Assembly (NCBI GenBank): GCA_946965045.2
Contig: OX337230.1
Span: forward strand, 4,030,001-4,094,000
Direction: 5' to 3'
Origin: Epithemia pelagica
Lineage: Eukaryota; Protista; Bacillariophyta
DNA length: 64,000 nt
Part shown: positions 45,956-58,024 of the stretch, piece by piece
How positions within the stretch are numbered: the stretch's first letter is position 1
Layout of the letters: each line of letters opens with the position of its first letter
Notes under the pieces: generated by a model
Databases searched by the model: none
What the model saw: only the letters and a program-made list of their open reading frames with translations
What the model was told of the DNA's origin: nothing
Program-made: the position numbers and the translations under genes

Positions 45956-46412
45956 CGGTCTGCGGTTTCGTTGTTCCTTTCAATGTTATTAATGTGTCTT
46001 TTTCGTTCTGTTACGATTGTATAGTTGTTGTTCCGTGTTTGTCTTTGTCTTTGTGTTTAAGCACCACACACAAAACCTGTCCAAACTATATATATATACC
46101 CATACCAGCATGGGCATGGGATGCGTATTTTTTTACATCTCATCACGCCAAAAAACTCCTCCGTGGACCGTATCGCACAAAATCTGCGTGACGCTCGATG
46201 AAAACGTTCAATGTGTGGACCGTCCAAAACTCCCACTGCCATTTCACCATCTGCGCGGCCACACACAATCACAGCTGTCTCCCCATCAAACCATTCACAT
46301 CACAAAACAGAATACAAATCTTTTCGGTTGTGACTCTGTGAGTGTGTGTTTGGGTTTGTCACTCATATCTTTGGCAGTTTGTCTCTCGTGTCGTCGGTAC
46401 AACGACGACGAG

Positions 46413-48182
46413 ATGGCAATACCAGAGGTTCCACATCAAACAGTACGACGGGTGGTGCAACAACAACGACAAGGACAGTTTTCCTCACGGTTCGTACTTC
46501 TCATGTGGTTCTTCACGACAACGACAACGACGACAAGCACAGTCTTTTCGGTGGGGCGTTGTGCTGGTTCTTGTCAACGGGCGCTACCTTCTTTTTCTGC
46601 TTTGCGATTCTTTGAGACTGGGAGGAGTAGTAGTACGGTCCGAAGAAGGTTCCATTCCATGCCGAACTGGACGCAGAACAATCACAATGCTGTTTTGGAT
46701 CCTTCCAGTAATCGAGGGTCCTCCTCCATTACATCGTCGTTGTCCGTTCGCAGATCCTTTTCCGCCTTGTCGGCTGCCACAAAACCATCCACTGAACAAG
46801 CGCCGGATGTATCTTCTTCTTTGGAAGAAAAACAACAAAAAACCAAGAAAACGCAATCACAAGTACCTTCCTCTTCTTCTGCCACACAATCTTCTTCTTC
46901 GTCATCCTTGATTCGTCCGAGCAATACGGGTGGATTGCGCAAATTGCCCGTGGTCCGTCCGAGCAATGAAATTGTCGCTCGGGCGCTTAAGGCCATTCGG
47001 CACTTGTCGCCGCCTAAACACGAAGGCAATATTCGCACTCGAGCTCGCAAACATGGCAGCCTGACCTTGCAAACGTTGCAACAAGAATTGTGTTTGCCCT
47101 TGCGGGATACGGCGGCCGGGTATCGTCGCGAATGGAAACACTTGCATCCCTTTGAACGCGTCGTGGCCAACTTGTCGGTCCGATCGCGGGAAAAAATCGA
47201 TGGCCTCACCCTGAATGCCGTCTTGGATGACTTGCATGAGGCTCGCAAGGAATTGCGCGAATTGAGCAAGGATTGGATTGCCAAGGTCAAACAGGCCGAA
47301 ACGGCCAAATTGGCGGGAGAAGCCATGCAACAAGGCATTGACTCTCTCACACAAACCTTTGTGGAATTGACGGACCGTCCCATTAGTAATTTGGTCGACA
47401 TGCAAAAAAAGTTGCGCAGTAGTCCCATTGTGGCCTTGGATACGCCGGCCGTGGTCTTGGTCGGTGCTCCCAATGTGGGCAAATCCAGTATTGTCCGACG
47501 CATTTCGTCGGCCACGCCCGAAGTCAACAATTACCCCTTCACGACACGGGGCATGACGTTGGGTCATGTCGAAGTCTTTTGGTCCGACAATGTCACCGTC
47601 GCCGAAGCGGTGATTCATTCCAGTCTCAAGAAACGACGGACCGAACACAAACACTTGCTCGACCAATTGAACAAACCGGGCGCTCGGACCGAATCCAAAG
47701 AGGGCTTGTTGGGCAATTATGCCTTTTCGCAAGTGTGTCAAGTCATGGACAGTCCCGGTTTGTTGAAACGCGATTCCGAAGCCGATCGGAATGAAATGGA
47801 AGCCTTGACGATTGCCGCCATGCAACATTTGCCCACGGCTGTCATGTTTGTCATGGATTTGACGGGCGAGGCGGGAGAAAAGTGTAGTAGCATTGCCGAT
47901 CAATTGCACTTGCGACAAGAAGTGCGCAAACGCTTTCCGAAACGACCGTGGATTGATGTCGTGAGCAAATATGATTTGGGCATTGTTGACGGAGCGTTGG
48001 AACAATTGGAACAAGTGATTGGTTCCGACCAGTACATTAAAGTGAGTTTGCAAGAAAATATTGGTGTCGATGAACTCAAGGAACAAGTCTTGAGGGTGTT
48101 GGGAGAAGTGCGGGTCGTACTCGATGCCATGGCCGCCGTCGATCTTCGAACCGAACGACCGCCGTCGACGGGAACGTACTAG
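46413..48182 (+). CDS. NOG1-like (OBG superfamily) GTP-binding protein, probably organelle-targeted
   Basis: G1 GAPNVGKS, G2 NYPFTT, G3 DSPG, G4 SKYD, preceded by a NOG1-type helical region (LHPFERVV) and a Ser/Thr-rich presequence. No NOG1 C-terminal extension. Start codon choice is inferred. Confidence 0.85.
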   Translation: MAIPEVPHQTVRRVVQQQRQGQFSSRFVLLMWFFTTTTTTTSTVFSVGRCAGSCQRALPSFSALRFFETGRSSSTVRRRFHSMPNWTQNNHNAVLDPSSNRGSSSITSSLSVRRSFSALSAATKPSTEQAPDVSSSLEEKQQKTKKTQSQVPSSSSATQSSSSSSLIRPSNTGGLRKLPVVRPSNEIVARALKAIRHLSPPKHEGNIRTRARKHGSLTLQTLQQELCLPLRDTAAGYRREWKHLHPFERVVANLSVRSREKIDGLTLNAVLDDLHEARKELRELSKDWIAKVKQAETAKLAGEAMQQGIDSLTQTFVELTDRPISNLVDMQKKLRSSPIVALDTPAVVLVGAPNVGKSSIVRRISSATPEVNNYPFTTRGMTLGHVEVFWSDNVTVAEAVIHSSLKKRRTEHKHLLDQLNKPGARTESKEGLLGNYAFSQVCQVMDSPGLLKRDSEADRNEMEALTIAAMQHLPTAVMFVMDLTGEAGEKCSSIADQLHLRQEVRKRFPKRPWIDVVSKYDLGIVDGALEQLEQVIGSDQYIKVSLQENIGVDELKEQVLRVLGEVRVVLDAMAAVDLRTERPPSTGTY

Positions 48183-48844
48183 GAAAAAAGACACTCTGTA
48201 CTAGAAAGCAATCCAACGAAAGAATTCCTTCTCTACTCCTATGATACATGGATGAATTTTGGAACTCAGACCTAGCAGAGTAGTAGCGACCCTGGAAAGA
48301 CTATTCCATAGTATATATTGCTTTGCCTTGGTACTGTCGACTCGTGTCAGTTACAACGTTCTGGGGGAAACTAATGAGATTGGTTGGAACACTGTGCAGT
48401 TTGCGTCGAAATGTGCAGTTTGCATAGAAACGCATACATACATTCGGAGTGTAAGAGACAAACCACATGGATGGGGTGAAAGATCGAAATCGCAAGACAT
48501 CCGAGAGGGCTACTAGAAGAAGTCTCACACGATATTGAGCTTCGTCCTTCGAACCAAACCATTGATGAAAAGAGCCAGTAAACATTACTTACTAGCCGTC
48601 GGTTCTACATTAGTTTTTTGTTGCCACGTGGAAGTCAAAGTCGAAAGCTCTAATGAAAGGTTGCGAGTTGCGACCTTTTCGCTTGAACAAAAGATCTCTT
48701 TTGTTTGCGTCGGAAACTCCTAAAATGGCAAGGACAACGACTGGACCTCAACGATCCAAGTGACCAACATAATGTCTCTTCCGGAAGCGATGATGGAGGT
48801 ATTAAACGAATCGGATACGCCATGGAAGCGATCTGACACAGCGG

Positions 48845-48902
48845 TGAAGCGATCGGAAACACTGGCTGCGTTGGTCTGTAGGCGGTGTTTCCGATCGCTT
48901 CA
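48845..48902. repeat. Perfect 18-bp inverted repeat with 22-nt spacer
   Basis: TGAAGCGATCGGAAACAC (48845-62) and GTGTTTCCGATCGCTTCA (48885-902). Confidence 0.85.
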
Positions 48903-50906
48903 ACGGCGTGTCCGACGCGGTCGTGGTTCTGGATCCGGCGGTTCCTCGTTTCTAGGACAAGAACCTAGTCTACTAAGCGATTGCCGATCGAGAGGCGCCA
49001 GTCAATCTATTAGATTTGGATCAAGAGACACTGTGTGGCTTGGTATGGACAGTGGCTCGCCCATACAACTATATCCGTGACGGGGGCATTCTTCAAGGGC
49101 TCGCCGGTGCAATGGTCAAAACCATTACACCACATCCCGAAACCACAGAAGGATATGGTAGGGTCAACGACGACGAATGGCGGAGCTTGAATGGCGTCGA
49201 ACATTGACTGGGGCCCTGCGGAATGAAGGTTGTGGATCGAAAAGAACCACAGTCCAGACAGAAGACCCATTACAGCAAAAAATCAACCATAAACGGCAAT
49301 TGAGACTTAAACAGCAAGGAAGAAAATCCCAGAATCAGCCCCACCCTTGGATCCCCTACATGGGACGTTGATCTTAGCCCCAAAATGAAACGAAAACAGG
49401 TGGATCACTTTGAAGAACGAGGCCCAGAAAGGAGAGGCGGCGGAAGCCGTTGCAAAAGGCATGAAAGAGGCCTTTTCTTTCATGCCTTTTGCAACGGCTT
49501 CCGCCGCCTCTTTCGGGGCCTCGTTCATGCCGCTCCCAAAACGGACTGTGCCTCGCCCCTACAACTATCGGTGACGGGGGCATTCATTCAAGCGCTCTCA
49601 TTTGCCAAAACTAGGATATGAAACGACGAATGGCGGAACTTGAATTGCGTCGGACATTGACTGGGGCTCTGCGGGATGAAGGTTGTAGATCGAGGGCTCA
49701 GAAACGAACCACAGTCCAGACAGAAGACCCATTACAGCAAAAAATCAACCATAAACGGCAATTGAGAGTTAAACAGCAAGGAAGAAAATCGCAGAATCAG
49801 CCCCACCATGGATCCCCTACATGGGACGTTGATCTCAGCCCCAAAATGAAACGAAAACAGGTGGATCACTTTGAAGAACAAGACCCAGAAAGGAAAGGCG
49901 GGGGGAAACCGTTACAAAAGGCATGAAAGAGGCCCATAAAGAGGCAGCGCATGCCGTGCTTCCGACGTCTCTTTATAGGTCTCGTTCATTCCTTTTGCAC
50001 GGATATGCCTCTACCACAATGGACCAACACAAAAAGTCACTGATTGAGGGGCGCGCGCAAGTTTCATTCTAGATTTGGAATGTGGCTGGATACGGACTGT
50101 GGCTCTCGCCCATATGACTATCAGTGAAGTGTGGGCATTCCAGCGCTCTCGCCGGTGCAGTTGTCCAAACCACCACACCCTATCCGAGCTATTGTAGGGT
50201 GTGGTGCTTGTGATAAATGCCCAGGCGAGGAAACCGGATCAGCTGCAACGGGAAACGACTTTTGGCGGAGGTTCCATGGACGAGAAACGGAACCAACCAG
50301 TTCCAATGGATTCCTCACAACTCATGGAGAAGCATCCGATGCCCGAATAGCAATGGCCGAGTATTTGATGGGACAATGCTGGCAATTCATGGATTTGTGA
50401 ATGGTGCCTTCCCAACGGGCACTCCGAATTGCTCTCAAACTGCCAGAACAAACGTTGTGTGTTGTGCAATGAAATGATTCGAGTACAATGAGATGATTCC
50501 AGCATCTCATTGTACTGGAATTATTTCATGGCGCAACGCATTGCACAACACAAAGTTGACATTTCCAGGAGATGGATTCAATCCATTGAAAAATGGTTGT
50601 GCAACGAGACGAAACAAGGTCGGCACAGTAGCGCGCGCGAACCCGGAAATACCAGTGCTTTGTTGTGCCGTATCATCTATGGAGCCCGATGGAGTAACGC
50701 CATTTTGTCGGTAGAGGTTCCTTTATCTGTTTTGTTTTCGATTGACCGGTAATCCTACGACCGACAGACACCTCCGTTCTCAAACAAACATCCATTTCTC
50801 TCGTGAAATCAGTCGTGCTTCCAGTCCGCACCCATCAGCATCAGCGCATCACAGCGGAGCACAGCAAACCACCGAATCATAAATTCTGCAGTCAACGTTT
50901 GAAACC

Positions 50907-51389
50907 ATGAGCATGACACTGAAAGAACAAGCATGGCAGTCGGGTCTTGTCCTTTTGGACGAGACAGCAGAATGGAATGAAACCAAATGGCCTCCTCTTG
51001 TGGGTGGATGGCGTGACGATCATGCTACAGTCGTACTTGATCATTCCAATAAGGACAACGATACCAACAACAAGGGGCAGACGGTTGTCGTGTTGGGAGG
51101 ACGAGAACGAGGCCAAGGCGTTGTCAATTCCGTTCTTGTATTAAATTTAACAGATCCAAATAAGCAGTGGCGAGAAGGACTGCCCATGAATAAGAGTCGT
51201 GAAGGACATGCCGTTGTTGTGTGCAACGACGGTGTCTACGTGATGGGAGGATACAACGGAGGATCTTTGGTTTGTATCGAACGAATTGATTCCAATGATT
51301 TACTACAAGCAGCTTTAACAGAAATACCAGTGCTTTGTTGTGCCGTATCATCTATGGAGCCCGATGGAGTAACGCCATTTTGTCGGTAG
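50907..51389 (+). pseudogene. 3'-truncated Kelch gene copy
   Basis: Kelch N-terminal part to LLQAALT, then reads into the next repeat unit. Confidence 0.85.
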
Positions 51390-51581
51390 AGGTTCCTTTA
51401 TCTGTTTTGTTTTCGATTGACCGGTAATCCTACGACCGACAGACACCTCCGTTCTCAAACAAACATCCATTTCTCTCGTAAAATCAGTCGTGCTTCCAGT
51501 CCGCACCCATCAGCATCAGCGCATCACAGCGGAGCACAGCAAACCACCGAATCATAAATTCTGCAGTCAACGTTTGAAACC

Positions 51582-52064
51582 ATGAGCATGACACTGAAAG
51601 AACAAGCATGGCAGTCGGGTCTTGTCCTTTTGGACGAGACAGCAGAATGGAATGAAACCAAATGGCCTCCTCTTGTGGGTGGATGGCGTGACGATCATGC
51701 TACAGTCGTACTTGATCATCCCAATAAGGACAACGATACCAACAACAAGGGGCAGACGGTTGTCGTGTTGGGAGGACGAGAACGAGGCCAAGGCGTTGTC
51801 AATTCCGTTCTTGTATTAAATTTAACAGATCCAAATAAGCAGTGGCGAGAAGGACTGCCCATGAATAAGAGTCGTGAAGGACATGCCGTTGTTGTGTGCA
51901 ACGGAGGGGTCTACGTGATGGGAGGATTCAATGGAAGATATTTTGATTGTATGGAACGAATTGATTCCAATGATTTACTACAAGCAGCTTTAACAGAAAT
52001 ACCAGTGCTTTGTTGTGCCGTATCATCTATGGAGCCCGATGGAGTAACGCCATTTTGTCGGTAG
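51582..52064 (+). pseudogene. 3'-truncated Kelch gene copy
   Basis: Same structure as 50907-51389. Confidence 0.85.
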
Positions 52065-52256
52065 AGGTTCCTTTATCTGTTTTGTTTTCGATTGACCGGT
52101 AATCCTACGACCGACAGACACCTCCGTTCTCAAACAAACATCCATTTCTCTCGTAAAATCAGTCGTGCTTCCAGTCCGCACCCATCAGCATCAGCGCATC
52201 ACAGCGGAGCACAGCAAACCACCGAATCATAAATTCTGCAGTCAACGTTTGAAACC

Positions 52257-53384
52257 ATGAGCATGACACTGAAAGAACAAGCATGGCAGTCGGGTCTTGT
52301 CCTTTTGGACGAGACAGCAGAATGGAATGAAACCAAATGGCCTCCTCTTGTGGGTGGATGGCGTGACGATCATGCTACAGTCGTACTTGATCATCCCAAT
52401 AAGGACAACGATACCAACAACAAGGGGCAGACGGTTGTCGTGTTGGGAGGACGAGAACGAGGCCAAGGCGTTGTCAATTCCGTTCTTGTATTAAATTTAA
52501 CAGATCCAAATAAGCAGTGGCGAGAAGGACTGCCCATGAATAAGAGTCGTGAAGGACATGCCGTTGTTGTGTGCAACGGAGGGGTCTACGTGATGGGAGG
52601 ATTCAATGGAAGATATTTTGATTGTATGGAACGAATTGATTCCAATGATTTGCTACTGCAATCATCTTTTACAACAAGCAGTACGCATGAGAGTTATTGG
52701 ACGACATTAAACTGTCGATTGTCAACGGGACGATATGGATGTTGTGCCGTTGCGGTGCACAATCGATATATTGTTGTAATCGGTGGATGTAACATTCGTT
52801 ATTTGTCGTCGGTCGAGATTAATGATACCACGAACCACACTGTCATTGAGGGACCATCCATGAACGTTCATCGATCATCTTGTTCCAGTGCGGTCGTTGG
52901 CCACCGCATCTTTGTCGTTGGAGGATATAATAACAATCACGGTAATCTTGACTCGGTGGAGTATTTAGACTTTACAGTGCCAAGTGAGAACGAGGAGACG
53001 AAGGTGGAAACGGCTGCTTCAGTGACTTATTCCTCCTCGTCCTCTTCCTCTTGGACGACTCACTCGGATCTGGTGCTTTCCGAGCCACAATTTTGTTGTT
53101 CCGTGGTTGCTGAGGGATCTTGTCTGGTGGTGGCGGGAAACAATCGAACCATGCAAGTCTTGGACACGCACCACAATCGCGTGTGGAATCTCCCAGCACT
53201 CGTAAATCGACATCGCTGCAGTATGGTGACGGTTGCCAATCAAGTTGCCATTATTGGTGGATATGAGAATCCAACCTGTGCGACACTGCCACTCATGGAC
53301 AAGAATTCGTGGTGCTTTCAACGACTCTGTGAGCAGCATATCCAAACGCATGTTCTCATTCGTGAGAAGAAGGAGTGGGTATGA
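52257..53384 (+). CDS. Stand-alone Kelch-repeat (beta-propeller) protein, 375 aa
   Basis: Repeated VVVLGG, VYVMGG, IVVIGG, IFVVGG, LVVAG, VAIIGG blades with downstream Y/W. No BTB, F-box or signal peptide seen. Confidence 0.9.
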   Translation: MSMTLKEQAWQSGLVLLDETAEWNETKWPPLVGGWRDDHATVVLDHPNKDNDTNNKGQTVVVLGGRERGQGVVNSVLVLNLTDPNKQWREGLPMNKSREGHAVVVCNGGVYVMGGFNGRYFDCMERIDSNDLLLQSSFTTSSTHESYWTTLNCRLSTGRYGCCAVAVHNRYIVVIGGCNIRYLSSVEINDTTNHTVIEGPSMNVHRSSCSSAVVGHRIFVVGGYNNNHGNLDSVEYLDFTVPSENEETKVETAASVTYSSSSSSSWTTHSDLVLSEPQFCCSVVAEGSCLVVAGNNRTMQVLDTHHNRVWNLPALVNRHRCSMVTVANQVAIIGGYENPTCATLPLMDKNSWCFQRLCEQHIQTHVLIREKKEWV

Positions 53385-53917
53385 GTATTTGTTGGGAGAA
53401 TCCTGGCAATTCATGGATTTGTACATGGTGCCTTCCATACGGGCACACTCCGAATTGCTCTCGAACTGTCGGAACAATGATATGTTGTGTTGTGCAATGA
53501 AATGCTTCGAGTACAATGAGATGCTCGAATCATCGTGGAATCATTCATGGCACAACACAAAGTTTACATGGAGATTCCATCATGGTTATTCCATCATGGT
53601 ACACAGTATGTGAGTTGGGATGGTGTGGTGGTGCATTGTCAATGACGTGACAAATAGGATACACAAGATATAACTAAGGAGTTAACCTATGATCTCCTTT
53701 CTAAAAGCTTCCTAAAAGCTCGTGACGACAACATGGCAAGTATTATTGAAAAGTAGAATTTCGCGGATAGTGCTTCCTCAGCTTTGGACGTGATATATGC
53801 AACCTGTTGCACACTACCTGCCATCCTCCTCGTTACCACCCTGTCAGACATGTGTATTGGTCCTGACTTAGTATTATTGCTTACGAATTGATTTCGAGGT
53901 TGTGTAGGATGTTGCAT

Positions 53918-55054
53918 TCACAGTGGGGATACCAACTCCTTCTTTTCACGAATGAGAGCATCCGTTTGGATATGTTTCTCACAGAGTTGACGAAAACACC
54001 ACGAATTCTTATCCATGAGTGGAAATGACGCACAGGTCGGATGATCAAATCCACCAATCACGGCAACTTGATTGGCAACAGTCACCAAACTGCAGCCTGT
54101 ATGGTAGTTTTCGAGTGGTGGGAGATTCCACACGTGGTTGTGGTGTGTATCCAAGATTTCCATGGTTCGATGGTTTCCCGCCACCACCAGACAAGATCCC
54201 ACGGCAACCACTGAACGACGCATTTCTGGCTCCGAAAGCACCAGATCAGAGTGAGTCGTCCAATAAGAGGACGAGGAAAAAGTCACTGTAGCAGCAGCAG
54301 TTTCCACCTTTGTCTCCTCGTTCCCACTTGGCGCTGCAAAGTCTAAATACTCCACCGAGTCAAGAATATGGTTGTTGCTAAGGCCTCCAACGACAAAGAT
54401 GCGGTGACCAACGACCGCACTGGCACATAATTCTCGAGGAACGTTCATGGATGGTCCCTCAATGACAGTTTGGTTCGTGGTATCAATAATCTCCACCGAG
54501 GATAAGTCATCTCTCGCCCTGTCCTTTCCACCCATTAAAACAATATATCGATTGTGCACCGCAACGGCACAACATCCTCTTCGTTGTGTTGATAGTCGAC
54601 AATTCAATGTTGTCCAATTGATCTCGTGAGTGGTGCTTGTTGTTAAAGCTGCTTGTAGTAAATCATTGGAATCAATTCGTTCGATACAATCCAAAGATCC
54701 TCCGTTGTATCCTCCCATCACGTAGACACCGTCGTTGCACACAACAACGGCATGTTCACGGCGTCTCTTTTTCATGGCTGGTCCTTGTCGCCAGTGCATG
54801 TTGGATTCTGCTAAATTCAATACAAGAACGGAATTGACAATGCCTTGACCTTGTTGAACTCCTCCCAACACGACAACCGTCTGCCCCTTGTTGTTGGAAT
54901 CGGTGTCCTGATCGGGATGATTCAGTACGACCGTAGCATGATCGTAACGCCATTCACCCACAAGAGGAGGCCAATCGGTTTCATTCCATTGCGCTGTTTC
55001 GTCCGGTAGGAAAAGCCCCGACTGCCATGCTTGTTGTTTCAGTGTGGTGGCCAT
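53918..55054 (-). CDS. Stand-alone Kelch-repeat protein, 378 aa
   Basis: Paralog of 52257-53384; start taken at MATTLKQQAW (ATG 55054) by homology. Confidence 0.9.
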   Translation of the reverse strand: MATTLKQQAWQSGLFLPDETAQWNETDWPPLVGEWRYDHATVVLNHPDQDTDSNNKGQTVVVLGGVQQGQGIVNSVLVLNLAESNMHWRQGPAMKKRRREHAVVVCNDGVYVMGGYNGGSLDCIERIDSNDLLQAALTTSTTHEINWTTLNCRLSTQRRGCCAVAVHNRYIVLMGGKDRARDDLSSVEIIDTTNQTVIEGPSMNVPRELCASAVVGHRIFVVGGLSNNHILDSVEYLDFAAPSGNEETKVETAAATVTFSSSSYWTTHSDLVLSEPEMRRSVVAVGSCLVVAGNHRTMEILDTHHNHVWNLPPLENYHTGCSLVTVANQVAVIGGFDHPTCASFPLMDKNSWCFRQLCEKHIQTDALIREKKELVSPL

Positions 55055-56881
55055 TGTTCCTTCCAACAGGAAGCCGTCGAGCAAAAGTGTTGGATGAGCA
55101 AATCGCGTGCAAGCTTTTATAGTGTGGTTGAGAATGGAGGTCTCGGTTCCTCGTATACTATCGAACACAGCAGGATGGAAATGGACCGAATGGGCTCCAT
55201 ACCAAAACTGATGATGCGCAAAAAGGCACTGGTATTTCCGGGTTTACGTCCAACACGTACGGCGGACGGACAAAGGCGAACGCCGGGGGGGGGGGCGAAC
55301 AACACGAAACACCCCTCGTTCCACCCTAAATCTCAATATCTTCTGGGCAGTGCCTCCGGGCGCCCCCACATTTTTTGGAGGAATGCCGTCACACTTTTTT
55401 CCCTTCTCCGTTTCGGCAGGAGCACAAAACAACAACAACACCCACACCATGGGACGCTATTGTCTTGAGAATGACGACCACAATGACACTAGGGTTACGA
55501 CGAATGGTGGAAGAACTTGGCCCTTTGTGGCACAAGAAGGAGAGGAAGGATCTCTCGTCCCATATGGTATGGACGAATGCACGGGGGAGGCACTCGGATC
55601 AGCCCCCACAGGAGACAAACGACGACGAATGGCGGAGCTTCCATGGCGTCGGACATTGACTGGGACCCTGCGGAATGAAGGTTGTGGATCGAGGGCTCAG
55701 AAAAGAACGAACCACGGTCCAGACAGAAGACCCATTTTAGGAAAAAAATCAACCGCACACGGCAATTAAGCGAAACAGCAAGGAGTAAAACCCCAGCATC
55801 AGTAGCCTGGATCCCCTATACATGGGACGTTGATCTCCGCCGCAAAATGAAACGAAAACAGGTGGAGCACTATGGAGAACGAGGCGCAAAAAGATGCGGA
55901 GAACGTCGTTGCAAATGCCGTTGCATTTGCAACGGCTTCCGCCGCCTCTTTATGTGCCTCTTTCATATGCCTCTACCAAAATTGACCAACGCACACAAGT
56001 CACGGATGGAGGGGTACATTCTAAATTTGGATCGAGACACTTGTGGCTTGGTACTGTGTGTGTCTGTGGTTCTCGCCCATATGACTATCAGTGACGTGTG
56101 GGCATTCCAGCGCTCTCACCGGTGCAGTTGTTCCAACCACCACACCCTATCTCCGAGCTATTCTGGGGTGTGGTGCTTGTGACAAATGCCCAGGTGGGGA
56201 ACCCAGATCAGCTGCCACAGGAAACGACTTTAAGCGGAGGTTCCATGGACGAGTGACGGAACCAACCAGTTCCAATGAATTCCTCGCAAATCATGGAAAA
56301 GTAACAAATGCTATATCAGCAATGGCTGAGTATTTGTTGGAACAATGCTGGCATATCATGGATTTGTGCATGATGCCTTCCCAACGGGCACTCGGAATTG
56401 CTCTCAAACTGCCAGAACAAACGTTGTGTGTTGTGCAATGAAATGATTCGAGTACAATGAGATGTTGGAATCACCTCATTGAACTGAAATCATTTCATGG
56501 CACAACGCATTGCACAACACAAAGTTGGCATTTCAAGGAGCGCTGCGATGGACTCAATCCATCGAAAATGGTTGTGCAACGAGACGAAACAAGGTCGGCA
56601 CAGTAGCGCGCGCGAACCCGGAAATACCAGTGCTTTGTTGTGCTGTATCATCTATGGAGCCCGATGGAGTAACGCCATTTTGTCGGTAGAGGTTCCTTTA
56701 TCTGTTTTGTTTTCGATTGACCGGTACTCCTACGACCGACAGACACCTCCGTTCTCAAACAAAACCATCCATTTTTCGTGAAATCAGTCGTGCTTCCAGT
56801 CCGCACCCATCAGCATGAGCACATCACAGCGGAGCACAGCAAACCACCGAATCATAAATTCTGCAGTCAACGTTTGGAACC

Positions 56882-58024
56882 ATGAGCATGACACTGAAAG
56901 AACAAGCATGGCAGTCGGGTCTTGTCCTACCGGACGAAACAGCGCAATGGAATGAAACCAATTGGCCTCCTCTCGAGGGAAGATGGCGAATCGAACATGC
57001 TTCGGTCGTACTGAACCATCCCGATCAGGACAACGATACCAACAACAAGGGGCAGACGGTTGTCGTGTTGGGAGGACGTCAACGAGGCCGACGCTCTGTC
57101 AATTCCGTTCTTGTATTAAATTTAACAGATCCAAATAAGCAGTGGCGAGAAGGACTGCCTATGAATAAGAGTCGTGAAGGACATGCCGCTGTTGTGTGCA
57201 ACGGAGGGGTCTACGTGATGGGAGGATTCAATGGAGGATCTTTGGATTGCATGGAACGAATTGATTGCAATGATTTGCTACTGCAATCATCTATTACAAC
57301 AAGCAGTACGCACGAGAGTTATTGGACAAAATTGAAATGTCGATTATCAACGGGACGATATAGATGTTGTGCTGTTGCGGTTCACAATCGATATATTGTG
57401 GTAATGGGTGGACGGGCCAGGGGGGAAAGCTTGTCGTCGGTGGATATTCTTGATACCAGTGACCACACTGTCATGAAGGCACCATCCATGACTGCTCCAC
57501 GAGTATCTTGTTCCAGTGCGGTCGTTGGCCACCGCATCTTTGTCGTTGGAGGCAATAATTTCAATCACGGCATTCTTGACTCGGTTGAGTATTTTAACTT
57601 TGCAGTGCCAAGTGAGAACCAGGAGACAAAGGTGGAAACTGCTGCTGCTACAGTGACTTTTTCCTCGTCCTCTTATTGGACGACTCACTCTGATCTGGTG
57701 CTTTCGGAGCCAGAAATGCGTTGTACAGTGGTTGCCGTGGGATCTTGTCTGGTGGTGGCGGGAAACCATCGAACCATGGAACTCTTGGATACACACCGCA
57801 ACCACGTGTGTAATCTCCCACCACTCGAAAATCGCCGTACAGGCTACAGTATGGTGACTGTTGCCAATCAAGTTGCCATTATTGGTGGATATGAGAATTC
57901 TACCTGTTTGACACTGCCCCTCATGGACAAGAATTCGTGGTGCTTTCAACGACTCTGTGAGCAGCATATCCAAACGGATGTACTCATTCGTGAGAAGAAG
58001 GATTGGGACAATCCTGGCAATTAA
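56882..58024 (+). CDS. Stand-alone Kelch-repeat protein, 380 aa
   Basis: Paralog with the same MSMTLKEQAWQSG start and six GG-type blades. Confidence 0.9.
   Translation: MSMTLKEQAWQSGLVLPDETAQWNETNWPPLEGRWRIEHASVVLNHPDQDNDTNNKGQTVVVLGGRQRGRRSVNSVLVLNLTDPNKQWREGLPMNKSREGHAAVVCNGGVYVMGGFNGGSLDCMERIDCNDLLLQSSITTSSTHESYWTKLKCRLSTGRYRCCAVAVHNRYIVVMGGRARGESLSSVDILDTSDHTVMKAPSMTAPRVSCSSAVVGHRIFVVGGNNFNHGILDSVEYFNFAVPSENQETKVETAAATVTFSSSSYWTTHSDLVLSEPEMRCTVVAVGSCLVVAGNHRTMELLDTHRNHVCNLPPLENRRTGYSMVTVANQVAIIGGYENSTCLTLPLMDKNSWCFQRLCEQHIQTDVLIREKKDWDNPGN

Larger units (their letters stand above)
50646..52650 (+). repeat. Three tandem copies of a 675-bp unit (upstream region plus 5' part of a Kelch gene)
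   Basis: Unit starts gaaataccagtgctttg at 50646, 51321 and 51996. ORF starts at 50907, 51582 and 52257 are 675 apart. Confidence 0.95.
49150..55990. repeat. Three diverged copies of a ~0.4-kb unit (~49150-49560, ~49615-49990, ~55610-55990) marking Kelch-array duplication units
   Basis: Shared acgacgaatggcgga...ggacattgactggg...gaatgaaggttgt.gatcga...cctacatgggacgttgatct...aaaatgaaacgaaaacaggtgga. Boundaries approximate. Confidence 0.75.

Noticed and set aside
46682-48194. Long minus-strand ORFs (282 and 430 aa) opposite the GTPase
   Set aside because: Antisense shadows of a well-formed coding strand; no motifs.
50646-52650. CRISPR array or diversity-generating retroelement behind the tandem repeats and variable patches
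   Set aside because: Units are 675-bp gene duplications without repeat-spacer structure. No cas genes, no TR/VR pair with adenine-specific differences, and the only RTs are copia-type.
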